Positions 23,453-30,794 of a DNA stretch of 34,917 nucleotides are shown here, in pieces (within the stretch, counting starts at the first letter, position 1; every line of letters begins with the position of its first letter). The DNA is taken from the NCBI GenBank assembly GCA_030452455.1, contig JAKDMF010000001.1, positions 1 to 34,917 of the forward strand. Reading direction: 5' to 3'. The notes under the pieces are model-generated. The model did no database searches. It was not told the DNA's origin and worked only from the letters and a program-made list of their open reading frames with translations. The stretch is from a bacterium. Its GTDB lineage: Bacteria > Patescibacteriota > Saccharimonadia > Saccharimonadales > Saccharimonadaceae. A program made the position numbers and the translations under genes.

Positions 23453-25432
23453 ATGAGCCAAAAATTTGAATTACAGTCTCAGTATCAACCAACCGGTGAT
23501 CAGCCAAGTGCAATCGCTGATCTTATTAGTGGGCTGGAATCAGGCGCCAAGGAGCAGACGCTGCTCGGTGTGACCGGCTCCGGTAAAACTTTCACGATGG
23601 CTAATATTATCCAGAATAGACAAGTGCCGACACTAGTTATCGCTCACAATAAAACTTTAGCCGCACAACTCTTTAGTGAGTTCAAGGCTTTTTTCCCAGA
23701 CAATGAAGTTCATTATTTCGTCAGCTACTTTGATTATTACCAGCCGGAGGCCTACATATCGAGCAGTGATACTTATATTGAAAAAGATTCCAAAATTAAC
23801 GAAGAGATTGACCGGTTGCGTCACGCGGCGACCTCGGCCCTACTAACCAGACGCGATACTATCATAGTGGCCTCGGTCAGCTGCATATACGGTATCGGTT
23901 CGCCGGAAGATTATGCTGACATGTCGATCAAGCTTACAAAAGGCGAGCGGCGCAATCAGCAGAAGTTTGTTCGTCAACTGACTGACATTCAATATAGCCG
24001 TAACGACATGGACTTTAGCCGTAGTACCTTCCGGGTCAAGGGTGACGTGGTTGATGTCTTCCCTAGTGGCCATGATAGTGGCTATCGAATTGAATTTTTT
24101 GGCGATGAGATTGACCGAATAACTAATATTGATCCACTGACCGGCGAGATACTAGACGAGCCGAACTCCGTTACAATTTTCCCGAGCTCCCACTACGTTA
24201 CGCCGAAGCAAAAAGTTGCTAACGCGGTTGAGAATATCAAAAAAGAGTTCGCCGAGCGCTTAGAGTGGTTCGAGTCTCGCGATAAGCACCTCGAGGCTCA
24301 GCGACTAGCCCAGCGTACTAAGTATGATATTGAGATGCTGGAAGAAACTGGCTTCGTCAAGGGTATTGAGAACTACTCACGCTACCTAACTGGGCGTGAG
24401 CCGGGCCAGCAGCCAGCGACACTACTTGATTATTTCCCAGATGACTTTTTGCTACTAGTTGATGAGAGTCATATGACACTACCGCAGGTCCGAGGTATGT
24501 ATAACGGCGATCGAGCTCGAAAAGAGGTCTTAGTCGAGCATGGTTTCCGCTTGCCGAGTGCGCTTGATAACCGACCTTTGACGTTCCCGGAGTTTGATTC
24601 TCATATCAACCAAGCTATATACATATCAGCCACGCCAGGTGATTATGAGATCGAGAATACACCGGCACCAGCCCAGCAGGTTATTCGGCCGACTGGTCTA
24701 ATCGACCCTGAGATAGAAGTTCGCCCGAGTGATGGCCAAGTCGACGACTTAATCGCCGAAATTAAAGACCGTGTCGCTAAAGAACAACGAGTTTTAATTA
24801 CGACTCTGACTAAGCGGATGGCCGAAGATCTGACTGCCCACCTGCAGGATCTTGATATTAAAACGACCTATATCCATAGCGAAGTCGATACCTTAGAGCG
24901 CGGCGATATTTTGCGTGATTTACGCCAGGGTGTTTATGACTGCTTGGTCGGTATTAACCTACTGCGTGAAGGCCTAGACTTACCGGAGGTTAGCTTGGTA
25001 GCGATTATCGACGCCGACAAGGAAGGTTTCCTGCGCTCCGAAAGAGCCTTGGTTCAGACCGTTGGTCGAGCCGCTCGTCATATCGATGGCCGCGTCATTA
25101 TGTATGGTGACAACATAACTAGATCGATGCAAGCTGCCATTGATGAGACGAATCGACGCCGAGAAATTCAGACAAAATACAATACCGATCACGGCATCAC
25201 TCCAACCAGTATTGCTAAAAAGATCGACGAGGGCCTCCGGGCGATAATTCCAGTTAAGGAATCTGATAAAAAGCCGAAGCTTAACCTCAACAAAATTCCT
25301 AAAGATGAATATGACAGCCTAGCCCGCGATTTGACGGCTCAGATGGAGCTCGCCAGTGCTAACCTAGAGTTTGAAAAAGCGGCGGAGTTACGCGACATTA
25401 TTGCCGACATCCGAGACCGTCAGCAAAAATAG
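23453..25432 (+). CDS. uvrB: Excinuclease ABC subunit B
   Basis: The N-terminus [21 protein letters not shown] matches the usual UvrB start, so the second ATG is preferred over 23450. Walker [15 protein letters not shown] and a C-terminal UVR domain ([11 protein letters not shown]) are present. Confidence 0.95.
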   Translation: MSQKFELQSQYQPTGDQPSAIADLISGLESGAKEQTLLGVTGSGKTFTMANIIQNRQVPTLVIAHNKTLAAQLFSEFKAFFPDNEVHYFVSYFDYYQPEAYISSSDTYIEKDSKINEEIDRLRHAATSALLTRRDTIIVASVSCIYGIGSPEDYADMSIKLTKGERRNQQKFVRQLTDIQYSRNDMDFSRSTFRVKGDVVDVFPSGHDSGYRIEFFGDEIDRITNIDPLTGEILDEPNSVTIFPSSHYVTPKQKVANAVENIKKEFAERLEWFESRDKHLEAQRLAQRTKYDIEMLEETGFVKGIENYSRYLTGREPGQQPATLLDYFPDDFLLLVDESHMTLPQVRGMYNGDRARKEVLVEHGFRLPSALDNRPLTFPEFDSHINQAIYISATPGDYEIENTPAPAQQVIRPTGLIDPEIEVRPSDGQVDDLIAEIKDRVAKEQRVLITTLTKRMAEDLTAHLQDLDIKTTYIHSEVDTLERGDILRDLRQGVYDCLVGINLLREGLDLPEVSLVAIIDADKEGFLRSERALVQTVGRAARHIDGRVIMYGDNITRSMQAAIDETNRRREIQTKYNTDHGITPTSIAKKIDEGLRAIIPVKESDKKPKLNLNKIPKDEYDSLARDLTAQMELASANLEFEKAAELRDIIADIRDRQQK

Positions 25433-25472
25433 TAATTCAGCCTAATTCTGTTTCGTTAGCAGGGTTAATAAG

Positions 25473-25481
25473 TGGTATAAT
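25473..25481 (+). promoter_or_regulatory. Extended -10 box TGGTATAAT, 7 nt upstream of the gatC ATG at 25489 (leaderless configuration)
   Basis: TGGTATAAT lies at 25473-25481. The ORF-track ATG at 25480 lies inside the -10 box, so 25489 is the more likely start. Confidence 0.5.
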
Positions 25482-25488
25482 GTCATAC

Positions 25489-25779
25489 ATGACCAACGTG
25501 ACTTTAGAGGAAGTGCAGCATCTAGCTACCCTAAGTAGCCTGCAATTATCTGACGACGAAGCGACTTCGCTGAGCCGGGATATTTCAAATATTTTAGATT
25601 ATATTAACCAGCTTGACGAGCTCGATACTGAGGGTGTGGAGCCAACTTATCAGGTAACTGACCTGTCTAATGTTTGGCGCGACGACGTTGCGGTTGATTC
25701 CAGCGTCAGTCGGGAAGAGCTACTGTCCCTATCGAAGGATCAACTCGATAATCAAGTTAAGGTTCCAAAGGTTTTATAA
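25489..25779 (+). CDS. gatC: Asp/Glu-tRNA(Asn/Gln) amidotransferase subunit C
   Basis: 96 aa from 25489 with VQHLATLSSLQLSDDE, which is typical of GatC. It lies directly upstream of gatA with a 2-nt gap. Confidence 0.9.
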   Translation: MTNVTLEEVQHLATLSSLQLSDDEATSLSRDISNILDYINQLDELDTEGVEPTYQVTDLSNVWRDDVAVDSSVSREELLSLSKDQLDNQVKVPKVL

Positions 25780-25781
25780 TT

Positions 25782-27194
25782 ATGACGATCAACGACATAC
25801 TCAGTAGTATTGAAGCTGGTAAAATGACGGCTCGTCAGGCGGTTGAGGCCGCTCTTAAAAAAGCCGACGAGACTAGCGAATACGCCGCTCTGCTTAGTCT
25901 GACGAGTGAACGAGCACTGAACCGAGCCGATGAAATTGATGCTAAGTTAGAAAAAGGTGAGGACGCTGGCCGCTTAGCCGGTGTACCATTTGTGGCTAAA
26001 GATAACTTCCTAGCGTTTGGCGCTCCGACGACAGCCGCTAGCAAGATGCTCGAGAACTTTAAAGCTCCGCTTCAGGCAACGGCAGTTGAAAAGCTGGAAC
26101 AAGCCGGCGCTATTTGTATCGGCAAAGCCAACCTTGATGCCTTTGCCCATGGCGGTAGTACCGAGAACTCCGCCTTTGGCCCAACTTCTAACGCTCACGA
26201 CAAAACGCGTGTCGCTGGCGGTAGTAGCGGTGGTTCAGCTGTCGCCACCGCCCTAGATGTCGTACCATTTACACTTGGTAGTGATACCGGCGGTTCAATT
26301 CGTCAGCCCGCTAGCTTTAACGGCGTGATTGGTGTGAAGCCAACTTACGGTACAGTTAGCCGCTACGGTGTGGTCGCTATGGCCAGTAGCACCGACACGG
26401 TTGGTTGTTTTGCTAAATCAGTCGATGACGCTGAGCTAGTTATGGAAATTATGAGTGGTCGGGATGACAAAGACATGACAACCCTAGGTGACGTTATGGA
26501 TTCCGCTAAGGCCGTAAAACCGGTTAAGAAAATCGGTGTGATAAGCGATTTTATGAATGGTGATGTGGACAACGAAGTTCTTAAAATCACTGAAGCTTAC
26601 GTCGAGAAAATGAAGGCCGCCGGCTATGAGGTTGAGCCAGTCTCGATGCCAATCATCAAGCACTCCCTGGCTATGTACTACATTATCGTGCCGGCTGAAG
26701 TCAGTAGCAACCTAGCTCGCTATGATGGTGTTCGCTATGGTCACCGAGCCGAAGGTATTAAGACTTTGGCTGAGCTCTACGGTAAGTCACGCGATGAAGG
26801 TTTCGTGACCGAGAACAAGCGCCGTATCATGATCGGTAGCTACGTACTGTCGAGTGGCTATTTCGACGCCTATTACATGAAAGCTCAAAAGGCTCGCACT
26901 AAACTAATTGATAAATATAAACAGCTGTTTGAGAGTTACGACCTGCTAGTAAGCCCGACCGCGCCAACTCCGGCTTTCAAGCTCGGTGCGACTGGCGATG
27001 ACCCGGTGCAGATGTATTTAGCCGATGCTATGGTAGTTGGCCCGAGTCTAGCTGGCTTGCCGGCCATCAGCGTGCCAGCTGGTGATACACCAGACGGTCT
27101 ACCAGTCGGAGTTCAGCTGATCGGCTGGCGCGAGACCGATCGGTCACTATTTGCTGTGGCGCGAAAAGTTGAGGAGGTGGCAAATGATAACTAG
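25782..27194 (+). CDS. gatA: Asp/Glu-tRNA(Asn/Gln) amidotransferase subunit A
   Basis: 470 aa with the amidase signature GGSSGGSAVA..GSDTGGSIRQPA. Confidence 0.95.
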   Translation: MTINDILSSIEAGKMTARQAVEAALKKADETSEYAALLSLTSERALNRADEIDAKLEKGEDAGRLAGVPFVAKDNFLAFGAPTTAASKMLENFKAPLQATAVEKLEQAGAICIGKANLDAFAHGGSTENSAFGPTSNAHDKTRVAGGSSGGSAVATALDVVPFTLGSDTGGSIRQPASFNGVIGVKPTYGTVSRYGVVAMASSTDTVGCFAKSVDDAELVMEIMSGRDDKDMTTLGDVMDSAKAVKPVKKIGVISDFMNGDVDNEVLKITEAYVEKMKAAGYEVEPVSMPIIKHSLAMYYIIVPAEVSSNLARYDGVRYGHRAEGIKTLAELYGKSRDEGFVTENKRRIMIGSYVLSSGYFDAYYMKAQKARTKLIDKYKQLFESYDLLVSPTAPTPAFKLGATGDDPVQMYLADAMVVGPSLAGLPAISVPAGDTPDGLPVGVQLIGWRETDRSLFAVARKVEEVANDN

Positions 27195-27606
27195 TAAAGT
27201 TGTATTTATTCTGGCGGCTATATTAATTATTGCGGTGCTGCTATTTTTGGTTATAATTCTAACTAAAAAATCACCGGCCCGACTCGATGTTGAGCGCTAT
27301 CGAATTGATTGGCTGAAGATCGAACAAAAATTAAAACGTGACGACGTTTCAAGCTACCATCTATGCGTTTTAAATGGCGACAAGTTGGTTGATCGAGCCC
27401 TAAAAGAGCGCGGCGTCAAAGGCGCGACGATGGGTGAGCGTATGAAAAATAGCAAAGATACTTGGACAAGCCGAAACAACATCTGGGGCGCCCATAAGCT
27501 ACGCAACCGGATTGCGCACGAGTCTGATGTTAGTGTTGGCTATGACGATGCTCGACGAGCCTTAGCTAGCTTCAAGCAGGCTTTGAAGGATCTAGGAGCG
27601 ATATAA
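27184..27606 (+). CDS. Membrane-anchored small protein with an RNxxxH (HEPN-like) motif, nested in the gatCAB operon
   Basis: 140 aa from the ATG at 27184, preceded by SD GAGGAGGTGG at 27171-27180. It overlaps the gatA end by 11 nt and ends 1 nt before gatB. It has an N-terminal TM helix (VVFILAAILIIAVLLFLVIIL) and a ~110-aa helical domain ending in WGAHKLRNRIAHE (RNRIAH at nt 27502-27519). Confidence 0.6.
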   Translation: MITSKVVFILAAILIIAVLLFLVIILTKKSPARLDVERYRIDWLKIEQKLKRDDVSSYHLCVLNGDKLVDRALKERGVKGATMGERMKNSKDTWTSRNNIWGAHKLRNRIAHESDVSVGYDDARRALASFKQALKDLGAI

Positions 27607-27607
27607 T

Positions 27608-29050
27608 ATGAATGATAAATATGAACTAACTATTGGCATTGAATGCCACGTCCAGCTAGCGACGAACAGCAAGCTATTTAGCTCGTCTAATAACGATGCG
27701 CGCGATAAAGAGCCAAATCTAAACGTTAATCCAGTCGACTTTGGTCTACCTGGTATGTTGCCGGTCCTAAACCGGGAAGCTATCAATCTAGCGATCCGGG
27801 CCGCTAAAGCGCTTAATTCATCAGTCGCCAAGCTGAGCCGCTTTGACCGGAAGCACTATTTTTATCCAGACTTACCGAAGGGTTACCAGACAACCCAGAT
27901 GTATCAACCGATTATTGAAGCCGGCTATGTTGACGTGCCACTTGATGTGGGTGACGACGTACGCGTTCGAATTCATCACGCCCACATTGAAGAAGACGCC
28001 GGTAAACTAACTCACTATTCAGACTATAGCCTGGTTGACCTTAACCGAGCCGGCACACCTTTAATCGAGATCGTCTCTGAGCCAGACATTCACAGCTCCG
28101 AACAAGCCCGAGCATACGCTTCAGAGCTTCATAAGTTAATGACTTATGCTGGCGTGACTCGAGGTGATTTATATCATGGCAATATGCGTTTTGATGTTAA
28201 TGTGTCTGTCGCCTTGAAAGGGTCTAGTGAGCTAGGTACCCGAGCCGAGGTCAAAAACCTTAATTCATTCCGAAGTGTCGAAAGAGCGGCTGAGTATGAA
28301 TTTAAGCGACAGGTTGAGCTACTGGAGGCTGGTCAATCGGTCGTTCAGGAAACACGTGGCTGGAACGACGACAAAGGTACGACAACTAGTCAGCGATCTA
28401 AAGAGGACGCCCAGGACTACCGCTACATGCCCGACCCGGACATACCTCCAGTCGTGCTGACAGATGATGATATTGAAAAAATTCAAAAACTGGTTCCAAT
28501 GCTGCCCGGACAGTACCGCGACAATTGGCGCGATCTTCAGCTTGATCGGTCGGTTATGCACGCCGTGCTCAGTAACTCTAGTCTAGCTGAAACACTTGAA
28601 GCTATTCGGATCGAGTCTGACAACAAGATAGTCAAGCGAGTCTTTAACTGGTTCGCTTCAGCCGGCGATTTCGACACTAGCGCCGTTGAGTCGGGGCTGG
28701 TCGGTCCACAGCGACTTAGCGAGCTGTCACAGATGGTTGGCGACAACAAATTGAGCTCAACCGGCGCTAAAGAAGTCTTCTTTGCTCTATTTGATGAGGC
28801 TAACACCGGCAAGCAGCCGGAAGATATAGCTCAGGCTATGAACCTACTGCAAAACAGCGATGAAGGTGAGATCGAACAGATTGTTGACGCAGTGCTGGCC
28901 GATCCAGCTTCGTCCCGATCAATCGACGACATCAAAGCCGGCAAAGACAAAGCGATCGGCTATCTTGTCGGTCAAGTTATGAAACAGTCGGCTGGCAAAG
29001 CAAATCCCGGCATGGCGCAGAGCCTAATTCGCAAAAAACTCGACACATAG
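27608..29050 (+). CDS. gatB: Asp/Glu-tRNA(Asn/Gln) amidotransferase subunit B
   Basis: 480 aa with IGIECHVQL, FDRKHYFYPDLPKGYQ, IEEDAGK and a C-terminal YqeY-like tail. Confidence 0.95.
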   Translation: MNDKYELTIGIECHVQLATNSKLFSSSNNDARDKEPNLNVNPVDFGLPGMLPVLNREAINLAIRAAKALNSSVAKLSRFDRKHYFYPDLPKGYQTTQMYQPIIEAGYVDVPLDVGDDVRVRIHHAHIEEDAGKLTHYSDYSLVDLNRAGTPLIEIVSEPDIHSSEQARAYASELHKLMTYAGVTRGDLYHGNMRFDVNVSVALKGSSELGTRAEVKNLNSFRSVERAAEYEFKRQVELLEAGQSVVQETRGWNDDKGTTTSQRSKEDAQDYRYMPDPDIPPVVLTDDDIEKIQKLVPMLPGQYRDNWRDLQLDRSVMHAVLSNSSLAETLEAIRIESDNKIVKRVFNWFASAGDFDTSAVESGLVGPQRLSELSQMVGDNKLSSTGAKEVFFALFDEANTGKQPEDIAQAMNLLQNSDEGEIEQIVDAVLADPASSRSIDDIKAGKDKAIGYLVGQVMKQSAGKANPGMAQSLIRKKLDT

Positions 29051-29059
29051 GAGGGGAAT

Positions 29060-29938
29060 ATGAAACAACCAACTAAAGCAGTGATCTGTGCTGCCGGTCT
29101 CGGTACGAGATTTTTACCGCAGACTAAAGCAATGCCAAAAGAAATGCTGCCGATTGTTGACCGGCCTGTTATCCAGCTGATTGTCGAAGAGCTAGTCGCT
29201 GCCGGTGTCGAGGATATCATACTAGTCACCAGCTCCAACAAGCGAACTGTCGAAGATCACTTCGATAAAGACGAAGGCCTTGAAGCAGGACTAATCCTAA
29301 AAGGTAAACACCAGCTAGCAGAGCAGCTAGGCAGTATATCTGATCTCGCCAACTTCATATATATTAGGCAAAAAGGCTCACCCAAAGGTAACGCCCTGCC
29401 TGTTAAAAACGCTATGCATCTACTTGGCGATGAACCGTTCTACGTATTATTTGCTGATGATTTTTTCCGGAGCGAATGCTCACGAGCCGAACAGCTAAAA
29501 GACGCCTACCTGAAAACCGGTAAATCTGTCATCCCCCTCATGGAGATCAACACGGAGGACGCCGACAAGTACGGCATGGCGATAGTTGGTGACGAACTCG
29601 ACGAAACGACTTTTCGAGTTAACGGATTGATGGAAAAACCGGGTAAAGACAACACGCCGTCCAACCTAGCTTCGCTCGGGGGCTATCTGCTGACACCGGA
29701 TATTTTGCCGATAATCGAACGGCAGGCTCCTGGCGCTAATGGTGAAGTGACTCTAGCCGATAGTATCGACGAACTGGCGCGTGCCGATAAGGTCTACGGC
29801 AAGGTGATTGAAGGAGTCTATCATGATACCGGCGATCAGTTGAAATATATCCAGGCAGTTGTCGATATGGGACTAGAGCACAAAGACTTCGGCTCTAAGC
29901 TCCGGAGTTACCTAGAAGCCCGATTAAACGACAAGTAA
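29060..29938 (+). CDS. galU: UTP--glucose-1-phosphate uridylyltransferase
   Basis: 292 aa with AAGLGTRFLPQTKAMPKEMLPIVD and VEKP-like MEKPG. SD AGGAGGGG lies at 29049-29056. Confidence 0.9.
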   Translation: MKQPTKAVICAAGLGTRFLPQTKAMPKEMLPIVDRPVIQLIVEELVAAGVEDIILVTSSNKRTVEDHFDKDEGLEAGLILKGKHQLAEQLGSISDLANFIYIRQKGSPKGNALPVKNAMHLLGDEPFYVLFADDFFRSECSRAEQLKDAYLKTGKSVIPLMEINTEDADKYGMAIVGDELDETTFRVNGLMEKPGKDNTPSNLASLGGYLLTPDILPIIERQAPGANGEVTLADSIDELARADKVYGKVIEGVYHDTGDQLKYIQAVVDMGLEHKDFGSKLRSYLEARLNDK

Positions 29939-29985
29939 TATTTTCTATCGCCTCTGCGGTCTAGGTGTATCCGGCTATCTCAGCG

Positions 29986-29994
29986 TGTTACAAT
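29986..29994 (+). promoter_or_regulatory. Extended -10 box TGTTACAAT upstream of the small-membrane-protein cluster
   Basis: TGTTACAAT lies at 29986-29994, with an ATG 6 nt downstream at 30001 (see the uORF finding). Confidence 0.45.
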
Positions 29995-30032
29995 ATAGGT
30001 ATGATACTTAGTCAGACAAATGGATATAGCGC

Positions 30033-30302
30033 ATGATTTGGTCACAAATTCTGGTCGTTTTACTATCGGTTATTCTTGGACTATTTCTAATTGCCGGCAT
30101 AGCTTTGATTGCTATGGTCGTCAAGGTTACGATTGAGATAAAATCAGTCTCACGTGACACTAGGCGGGCGATCGATAATATCGAGCAATCCGTCAGTGAG
30201 ATTACAAAAACTGCGAAAGTACTAACTACATTACAGGCCGTTTACCGAAAATTCAAACCAAAGTCTAATTCTAAAAAGGAGAGAACCCGTCATGACAAAT
30301 AA
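30033..30302 (+). CDS. Small N-terminally anchored membrane protein, DUF948/YtxG-like
   Basis: 89 aa with one N-terminal TM helix, then a helical region and a basic tail. Size and topology, together with the adjacent YtxH-like gene, resemble the Bacillus ytxG-ytxH arrangement. This assignment is from memory only. Confidence 0.45.
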   Translation: MIWSQILVVLLSVILGLFLIAGIALIAMVVKVTIEIKSVSRDTRRAIDNIEQSVSEITKTAKVLTTLQAVYRKFKPKSNSKKERTRHDK

Positions 30303-30456
30303 GTCTAAATTCGCCCTAGGAGCAATTATGGGAGCCGCTGCTGGCATCGTCGCCGGTCTGTTGACCGCTCCAAAAAGCGGCAAAATGACTCGGAAAGATA
30401 TCAAAGCCAAAGCCGTCGAGCTCAAGAAGCGAACTTCTGAAAAAGAAGCTAAGTAG
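30292..30456 (+). CDS. YtxH-like small membrane protein (54 aa)
   Basis: Translated by hand; it is below the ORF-track cutoff. Sequence: MTNKSKFALGAIMGAAAGIVAGLLTAPKSGKMTRKDIKAKAVELKKRTSEKEAK. The Gly/Ala-rich helix followed by APKSGK.TR is the YtxH hallmark. SD AGGAG lies at 30277-30281. It overlaps the previous gene by 11 nt. Confidence 0.55.
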   Translation: MTNKSKFALGAIMGAAAGIVAGLLTAPKSGKMTRKDIKAKAVELKKRTSEKEAK

Positions 30457-30458
30457 TT

Positions 30459-30740
30459 ATGTCAGCTAGCAAAAAACCTATGACCAAAAAAGTTGCCTCT
30501 GAAGCCGAGCGTAGCGCTCGCCACAAGATTATCGAAGAGCTATTTTATGACTTCCACCGATCACGCATCAGTGTCTACTGGATGAATTTTTTCAGGGGAG
30601 TTTTCTTCGGATTCGGTAGCATAATCGGCGCTACTATTGTGGTAGCAATTTTTATTTGGATTATAAATCTATTTACCGACATCCCAGGTATCGGTGATTA
30701 TTTTGAATATGTTCGTCAGTCAGTTAAATCTGGCAGTTAA
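30459..30740 (+). CDS. Small membrane protein, possibly DUF5665-like
   Basis: 93 aa beginning 2 nt after the YtxH-like stop. It has a charged N-terminus followed by FFRGVFFGFGSIIGATIVVAIFIWIINL. The family name is from memory and is low-confidence. Confidence 0.45.
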   Translation: MSASKKPMTKKVASEAERSARHKIIEELFYDFHRSRISVYWMNFFRGVFFGFGSIIGATIVVAIFIWIINLFTDIPGIGDYFEYVRQSVKSGS

Positions 30741-30777
30741 GCGTTGTAAACATAACCGACTGAGCCTCTCTGATATT

Positions 30778-30786
30778 TGATACAAT
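30778..30786 (+). promoter_or_regulatory. Extended -10 box TGATACAAT 8 nt upstream of the dnaE ATG
   Basis: TGATACAAT lies at 30778-30786, the spacer agagggat at 30787-30794 and the ATG at 30795. This gives a leaderless or 1-2 nt leader. Confidence 0.45.
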
Positions 30787-30794
30787 AGAGGGAT

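Noticed and set aside
30231-30425. A 64-aa minus-strand ORF in the ORF track.
   Set aside because: The plus strand here encodes a 54-aa protein with a clear YtxH signature, an SD and operon context. The minus-strand frame is its shadow.
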